Shown: positions 23,008 through 29,110 of the stretch, in pieces
Layout of the letters: every line of letters begins with the position of its first letter
Numbering within the stretch: the stretch's first letter is position 1
Assembly: GCA_028286505.1 (NCBI GenBank)
Contig: JAQBRK010000002.1
Coordinates: 1-36,524 of the forward strand
DNA length: 36,524 bases
Origin: Parcubacteria group bacterium
Lineage (GTDB): Bacteria > Patescibacteriota > Minisyncoccia > Phycocordibacterales > Phycocordibacteraceae
Direction: 5' to 3'
Program-made: the position numbers and the translations under genes
The notes under the pieces: model-generated
Database searches by the model: none
What the model was told of the DNA's origin: nothing
Seen by the model: the letters and a program-made list of their open reading frames with translations, nothing else

Positions 23008-23673
23008 ATGTTCAGAAACCCCGCCTACGATATGTTCGTTCTTGTTCCCGCACTTTTGATTGCGGCCGTCCTCACGCTCACTATTATGGGAAGTTCCGTG
23101 CACGCTCAGGAGATTGTTACCAGCTCTGCCGTACCGGCAAGCGTTTCAGCACCTGCAAACACGACCGCCACGAGCACTGGATCGCGTGCAACTATCGCTT
23201 CAACGAGCGGCACGACGCTTCCTGATAGTGCGGGAAAAGTCCTGAGCATTACCCGCACGGCAGTTACCACGACGCCCTCGGACGTTCCCGAACTTTCACC
23301 CGTAGGTATTCATACGTCGGATGAGCTGTATTCGTATGCAAAAACATTGATGCAAAAGAACGCCTCGATAGAAACCATTACGCTCTCGGGAACCGAAGTT
23401 TCAGTACGTTATCACCGGAATGCCCGCCTGCTCGGCATACTTCCCGTATCGGTGCCCGGTACCGTATCGGTCCGCACCGACGGCAGCGTGAGCTTTTCTA
23501 ACCCGTGGTACCGCATGCTTACGATAGCCGAACGTGATTACCTCACTACGGCGCTTGAAGTGCGGGTGCACTCGCTGCTTACCTCCGAAGGGTATCTCGC
23601 CTCCATGCACCTCGCTCCTTCGACCCAAGCCGAACTCCTTGCCACCATCACCGAACTTCTCTCAGGTGTATAG
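23008..23673 (+). CDS. Secreted/anchored Ser/Thr-rich protein, paralog of 18145-18903
   Basis: N-terminal hydrophobic segment, an S/T/A-rich region, and a shared block 'VSVRYHRNARLLGILPVSVPGTVSVRTDGSVSFSNPWYRML'. TATAAG at 22996-23001 lies 6 nt before the ATG. Confidence 0.7.
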   Translation: MFRNPAYDMFVLVPALLIAAVLTLTIMGSSVHAQEIVTSSAVPASVSAPANTTATSTGSRATIASTSGTTLPDSAGKVLSITRTAVTTTPSDVPELSPVGIHTSDELYSYAKTLMQKNASIETITLSGTEVSVRYHRNARLLGILPVSVPGTVSVRTDGSVSFSNPWYRMLTIAERDYLTTALEVRVHSLLTSEGYLASMHLAPSTQAELLATITELLSGV

Positions 23674-23768
23674 AAGTCGCGCTCCCCGCGACCCTCTGTT
23701 AGCATAGTCTGATACCTCCCGACCGCTCGTACAGCGGTAAGAAACCCTATCTCACTACGTCATAGACC

Positions 23769-24275
23769 ATGGATAACGAAGAAAACAAAGATCATTTTCT
23801 CGAGGTCTACGACCGGTACTCGGACGATATCTTCCGCTTTTGCGTCCTTAAAGTAAGCAGCCGTGCGGTGGCCGAAGATCTCACCCAAGAGGTCTTCATG
23901 CGCTTCTGGCAGCAGCTGCGCGCCGGGACCGAAATAGGCAACGAGCGGGCCCTCCTCTATGCCATGGCACGCAATCTGGTCATTGACTGGTACCGCAAGC
24001 GAAAAGAGCAATCGCTCGATATGCTGCAGGAAGAGGGATTCGAGTTCGCGAACGACGACCACACGAGCATCAAGCGAAATGCCGAAATGCGAGAAGTGCT
24101 CGACGTTATCAAAGACCTCGACGAGCCTTCGCGCGAAGCCCTGACGCTACGCTTCGTCGAGGGATTCTCCCCGATGGAAATAGCGGCACTCTCGGGGGAG
24201 ACCGCGAACGCGGTGTCGGTGCGCATCAACCGCGCCCTCAAAAAAGTCCAAGAACACCTACACGTCCATGATTGA
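23769..24275 (+). CDS. ECF-type RNA polymerase sigma-70 factor
   Basis: Region 2 'AEDLTQEVFMRFW' and 'LYAMARNLVIDWYRKR'. Region 4 'EIAALSGETANAVSVRINRALKKV'. Confidence 0.9.
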   Translation: MDNEENKDHFLEVYDRYSDDIFRFCVLKVSSRAVAEDLTQEVFMRFWQQLRAGTEIGNERALLYAMARNLVIDWYRKRKEQSLDMLQEEGFEFANDDHTSIKRNAEMREVLDVIKDLDEPSREALTLRFVEGFSPMEIAALSGETANAVSVRINRALKKVQEHLHVHD

Positions 24276-25311
24276 TTCAACTACCACATTTATCAAACGA
24301 CTTGCCGGCATCCGGCTTTCGAATAATGAACGCCTCGCGCTCCGCGAGCGCCTCAGCATGTACGCCGACCAACACCCGGCGCCTGTTCCTGCGAGCATCC
24401 CTTCGCCGTTCGGAACCTTTTTCATAGCACTTGGTTCTCGCCGCTTCTCTACCTATGCCATGGCTCTCGCGGTGCTCATTGTCGCAACGAGCGGCGTTAC
24501 GTTCGCTGCCGAAGGCAGCGTTCCCGGCGACTCACTCTATTCCATCAAGGTGAAAGTGAACGAGCCGGTCATGGTAGCTCTCGCTCCCACCGCCACCGGC
24601 CAAGCGAACGTCGCGGCGCGTATCGCGACCCGTCGCGTCGATGAAGCGGTAACTCTCGCCACGCGCGGAGAACTAACCCCCGAGCGCCAGGCATACCTCG
24701 CGACCGAATTCGATTCGAGCGTGAAAATTGCCGCACAGAAAGCCGATGACCTTGCGTCTTCCGGCGACGTAACGAGCGCCGCGAACGTGAAGGCGAACCT
24801 TGCGGCGAACCTCGCGGGAGAAGCGCAGGCGCTCGGTGCGGTCGCTACCGTTCCGGGAGAAGTACGCAATAACGATTTCCTTGCCGTAGTCGTTGCCACG
24901 AGCGAAAGCATCTCGAGCACGAGCGGCTCCGATACGAGCAGTGCCGCTATCGCGGCAGGCATAAGCGAATCCGCATCAGACTCCGAAGAGGGAACCACGA
25001 CCGCACTGCTCATGGAGCAATCCAGCGCTCCTGCTTCGGCGCGCACCATGCTTAAGGCCGCAACGCTCGCGCCGGTAGCCTCAACAACACCGCTCAAGGC
25101 GAAGCGTGCATTTATCACTGGCCGTTTCGGCAGCACGTTCAACCTCGCTTCCTCCACGCTGCGTGCCCGTCTCGCAGCACCCGCACTCTCCAATTTCCTC
25201 GTACCCAAGATGGATGTCGCCATCCCGAAAGTACCTCAAACGATGGCACCCGAGGCAGTCGTCAATTCCGAAACAACAACCTCCGGTTCAAACTCGCCCG
25301 ATACGAAATAA
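24268..25311 (+). CDS. Anti-sigma-like membrane protein with an extracytoplasmic DUF5667-like domain (tentative)
   Basis: Overlaps the sigma gene stop by 8 nt. TM 'YAMALAVLIVATSGVTFA', then 'GDSLYSIKVKVNE...ARIATRRVDEA'. The C-terminal half is low-complexity and Ala/Ser-rich. Confidence 0.65.
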   Translation: MIDSTTTFIKRLAGIRLSNNERLALRERLSMYADQHPAPVPASIPSPFGTFFIALGSRRFSTYAMALAVLIVATSGVTFAAEGSVPGDSLYSIKVKVNEPVMVALAPTATGQANVAARIATRRVDEAVTLATRGELTPERQAYLATEFDSSVKIAAQKADDLASSGDVTSAANVKANLAANLAGEAQALGAVATVPGEVRNNDFLAVVVATSESISSTSGSDTSSAAIAAGISESASDSEEGTTTALLMEQSSAPASARTMLKAATLAPVASTTPLKAKRAFITGRFGSTFNLASSTLRARLAAPALSNFLVPKMDVAIPKVPQTMAPEAVVNSETTTSGSNSPDTK

Positions 25312-25347
25312 TTAGTAGGTCCGTAGCGTCACGCCTATACTTACCCT

Positions 25348-26028
25348 ATGAAACGACCGATCGTCATCCTCTGTGCCGTCATCGTCGCCATAGCTTTCAG
25401 CTTCGTCTTTTACATGGTGCATTCGAAAAATACCGGCATGCCGCCGATTTCTTCCGTTGCTTCGTCCACGCCTGTAGACCTGAGCGGACAAGCCATATTT
25501 ACCGATGGCGAACATGGGTTTTCAATCGTGTATCCCGAGAAGTACCAGACCGATCCCACCTTCGCGACTTCATACCACCTCCCGGCTACCTGGCGCGTGA
25601 ATGCGCTACCGAACGCAACCGGCACGCCCATCTTCACCATCATCAGCTATCGCATAAAGAATGACTCGTCCTATCCGCGCTACTTCGATGCGGAAGTGCG
25701 CATAGGCGCGTCGAGCGACCCGAAAGAACTAGCTCGCTGTGAAAAGCCCGCAACGGACCAGAACGAGCAGGCACTTCCGGACGTAACGCTCGGAACAACG
25801 AAGTTCAAGGTATTCTCGTTCGGTGACGCGGCCATGATGCAATACGAAAAGGGAATCAGTTACCGTGTCGTTCATGACTCTACCTGCATAGCCATCGAGC
25901 AGCTTCAAACGGGCTCCAGCTATCGGGATGACCCGGCGACAAGCAAAGACGTCTCGGACGCCGACTTGCAAAAATACTATGCGGACCTCGATACCGTCGT
26001 GAAGTCGTTCTCGTTCTCGCGGCCATAA
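25348..26028 (+). CDS. Membrane-anchored hypothetical protein (226 aa)
   Basis: N-terminal TM 'IVILCAVIVAIAFSFVFYMV'. TATACT at 25336-25341 lies 6 nt before the ATG. Confidence 0.65.
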   Translation: MKRPIVILCAVIVAIAFSFVFYMVHSKNTGMPPISSVASSTPVDLSGQAIFTDGEHGFSIVYPEKYQTDPTFATSYHLPATWRVNALPNATGTPIFTIISYRIKNDSSYPRYFDAEVRIGASSDPKELARCEKPATDQNEQALPDVTLGTTKFKVFSFGDAAMMQYEKGISYRVVHDSTCIAIEQLQTGSSYRDDPATSKDVSDADLQKYYADLDTVVKSFSFSRP

Positions 26029-26056
26029 CGCACCTGGTTTTGCTATACTGCCAAGA

Positions 26057-27112
26057 ATGAAAAAAATATTCTTCGGACTTCTCCTCCTCACCCCGCTCAC
26101 TATCGGGGCGGAACTTCTGCACGTGTCTCCCCTCATCGTTTTCCTTATGGCTGCTGCGGCCATCATTCCGCTTGCCAAATACATAGGGGACGCCACCGAA
26201 GACCTGGCGCTGCGTACCAGTCCCGCCATAGGGGGGCTTTTGAACGCCACCTTCGGCAACGCTACCGAGCTCATTGTTTCGCTATTCGCCATCCATGCGG
26301 GTCTCGTGGAAGTGGCCAAAGCTTCCATTACAGGTGCCATCATCGGTAACCTGCTTCTCGTGCTCGGTACCGCCATGTTCCTTGGAGGTCGTAAGCGCGA
26401 GCGCCAGCACTTCAACGCGACTGCGGCGAAGGCAGCATGCTCCATGCTCATTCTCGCAACCATCGCGCTCGTTATTCCGGCCATATTCCTCATCACCTCG
26501 GGTGCAAGTTATACGGGGGATGTGGGACTGCTTTCGATCTTCGTCTCCATCCTGATGATTGCCGCCTACGGAGCCAACCTGTTCTTCACGCTCCATACGC
26601 ATAAGCACCTCTATGCGGGAGAAGAGGCCGACGAGCGTTCAATCGCGCCGAAGTGGAGCGCGAGAAAGAGCACCATCATTCTCTTCTTTGCGACGGTCTT
26701 CGTTGCCATTCTTTCCGAAATACTCGTGGGCGCCATCCGCCCGGTCGTCGCGCAGTTCGGCTGGACCGAGCTCTTCATCGGAGTCGTGGTCGTTGCTATC
26801 GTTGGAAACGTGGCGGAACATCTCTCCGCCGTCACAGCGGCCATGAAGAACAAAATGGACCTGTCGCTCCAGATAGCTATTGGTTCCGCGACGCAGATCG
26901 TCATGTTCGTGGCCCCGGTACTGGTGCTCGTCAGTTTCTTCATCGGAACGCCAATGAACTTGGTATTCAATACCTTCGAGCTGGTAGCCATCATATTCGC
27001 TATCTTCGTGACGAACGCAGTGGTGGAAGATGGTGAAAGCACGTGGTTCGAAGGGTTCCAGCTATTGGTTGCATACGTCATCATGGCTGTGGCGTTCTTC
27101 CTCCACCCGTAA
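26057..27112 (+). CDS. Ca2+/H+ antiporter (CaCA/CAX family)
   Basis: Two alpha-repeat signatures, 'GNATELIVSLFA' and 'GNVAEHLSAVTAA'. About 10-11 TM segments. TATACT at 26044-26049 lies 7 nt before the ATG. Confidence 0.9.
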   Translation: MKKIFFGLLLLTPLTIGAELLHVSPLIVFLMAAAAIIPLAKYIGDATEDLALRTSPAIGGLLNATFGNATELIVSLFAIHAGLVEVAKASITGAIIGNLLLVLGTAMFLGGRKRERQHFNATAAKAACSMLILATIALVIPAIFLITSGASYTGDVGLLSIFVSILMIAAYGANLFFTLHTHKHLYAGEEADERSIAPKWSARKSTIILFFATVFVAILSEILVGAIRPVVAQFGWTELFIGVVVVAIVGNVAEHLSAVTAAMKNKMDLSLQIAIGSATQIVMFVAPVLVLVSFFIGTPMNLVFNTFELVAIIFAIFVTNAVVEDGESTWFEGFQLLVAYVIMAVAFFLHP

Positions 27113-27115
27113 TGG

Positions 27116-27235
27116 CAAGCGATTATCGCCGGCGTCTACTTCGTTGCGGGGCCCATCCGGCTCATCCGCCGTACTCAAGTACGTCTACTTCGCCGAATTT
27201 CCCGCGCCTTGTATCCATCCGACGATAATCGCTTG
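27116..27235 (+). promoter_or_regulatory. Structured intergenic region with a 13-bp long-range inverted repeat and an 11-bp direct repeat
   Basis: CAAGCGATTATCG (27116-27128) pairs with CGATAATCGCTTG (27223-27235). The direct repeat CGTCTACTTCG occurs at 27133-27143 and 27182-27192. An inner hairpin GTAC-TCAA-GTAC is also present. Confidence 0.5.
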
Positions 27236-27238
27236 CTT

Positions 27239-27955
27239 ATGACCATGAACTCACACCAAGGTCCGGAATCTCACACGCACTCGGTCGCCGCCAAGCAAAA
27301 CTGGCTACGCGCTTCGGTGCTCGGGGCCAACGATGGCATCGTATCGCTCGCTGCGCTCGTCGTGGGCATTGCAGGGGCTGCCGTCAGCAACCATACGCTT
27401 CTTCTGACGGGCGTTGCCGGAATACTTGCCGGCGCGCTTTCCATGGCAGTGGGTGAATATATTTCGGTCAACAGCCAACGCGACACCGAGCATGCCCTCC
27501 TTAAGAAGGAGCGATTCGAACTTGATAACTACGCGGCGTCGGAGCTCGACGAGCTTACGGCCATTTATGAGAAAAAAGGTTTGAAGCCCGAAACGGCTCG
27601 CATCGTGGCGGAAGAACTCTCCGCACATGACGTATTCGCCGCGCATGTCGATGCGGAGCTTGGGATTGACCCCGATAATCTGACGAATCCTTGGCATGCC
27701 GCAGTGGCTTCGGCAGCCTCGTTCTTCGCCGGAGCCCTCATTCCTTTTATTGCCATCCTCGTCGCACCGGTAGCAGTGCGTATACCGGTCACCTTCGTGG
27801 CCGTGGTTGTCGCACTTATCATCACCGGTATCTTGAGCGCCCGTGCCAGCGGCGTGTCGCCGCTTGTGGTGACCGCTCGCTCGGTCATCGGTGGCCTTAT
27901 TGCGATGTTCGTTACCTTCGGCATCGGACGATTGCTCGATGTGAACCTGAAATAG
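27239..27955 (+). CDS. VIT1/CCC1 family iron/manganese transporter
   Basis: 'LRASVLGANDGIVSLAALVVGIAGA' and 'GEYISVNSQRDTE', with C-terminal TM helices. Confidence 0.85.
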   Translation: MTMNSHQGPESHTHSVAAKQNWLRASVLGANDGIVSLAALVVGIAGAAVSNHTLLLTGVAGILAGALSMAVGEYISVNSQRDTEHALLKKERFELDNYAASELDELTAIYEKKGLKPETARIVAEELSAHDVFAAHVDAELGIDPDNLTNPWHAAVASAASFFAGALIPFIAILVAPVAVRIPVTFVAVVVALIITGILSARASGVSPLVVTARSVIGGLIAMFVTFGIGRLLDVNLK

Positions 27956-28008
27956 TTGCGCACCCGCTACAAGCGCTATACTTACTACTTACCCCTTACG
28001 TCATATAT

Positions 28009-28347
28009 ATGGCTCTCATCCACTGGCTCGTTACCGCTCTCGCGATTCTCATTGCCGCCTATTTGATTCCTGGCGTCTCCGTCACCCTCGTAGGTGCACT
28101 CGTGCTCGCCGTCGTCCTCGGCATCATTAACGTGTTCTTCAAGCCGGTCATTACGCTTCTTACGCTTCCGATAAATATCGTCACGCTCGGTATCTTCTCG
28201 CTCGTCGTGAATGCGCTCCTCATCATGCTCGCGGCAATGCTCGTGCCGGGATTCCACGTGAATGGTTTCTGGGCAGCGTTCTTCTTCTCCATCGTCGTCT
28301 CGCTTGTCACGGCATTCTTCGGAATGATGGCGCGCAAGTCGGTCTAA
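28009..28347 (+). CDS. Phage holin family 4 / DUF360-like 4-TM membrane protein
   Basis: 'LIAAYLIPGVSV', 'FKPVITLLTLPINIVTLGIFSLVVNALLIML' and 'VPGFHVNGFW' follow the typical family pattern. The ATG at 28009 lies within the longer ORF 27691-28347. Confidence 0.8.
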   Translation: MALIHWLVTALAILIAAYLIPGVSVTLVGALVLAVVLGIINVFFKPVITLLTLPINIVTLGIFSLVVNALLIMLAAMLVPGFHVNGFWAAFFFSIVVSLVTAFFGMMARKSV

Positions 28348-28367
28348 GCACGAATATAAAAAAGGCG

Positions 28368-28394
28368 GCCGTCGACTCCGGAGGAGTCGACGGC
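28368..28394. terminator. Bidirectional intrinsic terminator
   Basis: GCCGTCGACTCC-GGA-GGAGTCGACGGC, flanked by an A-run upstream and TTTGCCGTTTG downstream. Confidence 0.8.
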
Positions 28395-28415
28395 TTTGCC
28401 GTTTGTCTGTTGTCG

Positions 28416-28814
28416 TTAGGCGAACTCAAGTTCGCGCGAAAGTTCAGGTTCGACATCGGGCAGAGCGGGAATGCCGTGGATAAGCTCAAGCCAGATATCA
28501 GTCAGGATTTGGTACAGAAAACGAGTGCGTCTGTCTTCTCTGTAGCTTTCAATGCGAAAGCCGTTGTGCCGGAGTTGTTCCGGGGTAAGCCGGTTTTCGG
28601 ATTCGTAGCCGAAGTATCCGGTCGGATGCGCTTGCGCTAGAAGACAGTGATAGGGGCACGACATGTCCAACTGAGCTTGTTCAATGCGTATGCGCCATCT
28701 GGAGTTCTCCGTGTCGAGGCGCGCGCAGCCGCGTTTGGCGAACGGGAGAAGGCGAGCCTTTTCGATTTCGTACTCGCTCTGCAATCCTGGTCCATCCGTA
28801 AGCATGACGGTCAT
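28416..28814 (-). CDS. Hypothetical protein (129-132 aa)
   Basis: ORF with possible starts at 28814 or 28805; the latter lies 8 nt after GAGGA. No domain recognised. It is divergent from the T4CP-like operon. Confidence 0.5.
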   Translation of the reverse strand: MTVMLTDGPGLQSEYEIEKARLLPFAKRGCARLDTENSRWRIRIEQAQLDMSCPYHCLLAQAHPTGYFGYESENRLTPEQLRHNGFRIESYREDRRTRFLYQILTDIWLELIHGIPALPDVEPELSRELEFA

Positions 28815-28992
28815 CCTCTAACGAACAATCAGGCACGATGCCGAACCAATCGTCTGAGTGAACCGTACCGCCGAGAGGAGTAATTGTAAAACGGTATTTT
28901 TTGTCCCAACTCCGCACGAGCGAGCTCCCGCCATGCCGCACCGCAAGGGCACTTCTTGTTCCCTAACTCGATGATTCGTAAGGAACAATGTC

Positions 28993-29102
28993 GTATACCC
29001 CTTACCACTTTCGGCAGAAATGCGTCATGCGATACGGAACGGCAGCGAAAGAAGGAAAGTTTCCAACAGGCTAGCGAAGAGTGAAAGTGGTAAGGGGTAT
29101 AC
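28993..29102. repeat. Inverted-repeat element copy 2 (19-bp arms, 72-bp centre)
   Basis: GTATACCCCTTACCACTTT (28993-29011) and AAAGTGGTAAGGGGTATAC (29084-29102) are perfect complements. The right arm ends in TATACT (29097-29102), 8 nt before the ATG at 29111. Confidence 0.9.
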
Positions 29103-29110
29103 TTGACCCT

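Noticed and set aside
27116-27235. Fur box or yybP-ykoY Mn riboswitch between CAX and VIT1.
   Set aside because: Each arm holds only a single GATAAT/ATTATC hexamer and the arms are about 95 bp apart, not a contiguous 19-bp Fur box. I could not find the conserved yybP-ykoY core sequences. The region is kept as an unclassified structured region instead.
24537-27963. Several long minus-strand ORFs (24537-25223, 25729-26496, 26611-27084 and 27565-27963).
   Set aside because: All are antisense to recognisable genes (anti-sigma-like, CAX, VIT1). Their Ala/Arg/Ser-rich translations are characteristic of the opposite strand of GC-rich coding DNA.
27977-28000. TATACTTACTACTTACCCCTTACG upstream of the holin-like gene, which shares TACCCCTTAC with the inverted-repeat arm.
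   Set aside because: It is only a 10-nt match, with no inverted partner and interrupted alignment. It could be a decayed arm, but that cannot be supported from this window.
29020-29106. 28-codon upstream ORF (MRHAIRNGSERRKVSNRLAKSESGKGYT) inside inverted-repeat element copy 2, ending 4 nt before the ATPase start.
   Set aside because: Copy 1 has no equivalent ORF and there are no start signals. It probably lies upstream of the transcription start. It is most likely fortuitous.
29081-29110. Upstream start codons extending ORFs over conserved non-coding repeats (GTG 29081, 21745, 7673, 9319, 11312, 10275).
   Set aside because: The repeats would be translated in different frames in different copies. 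The downstream ATGs have proper -10 or SD signals. These extensions are therefore treated as non-coding.
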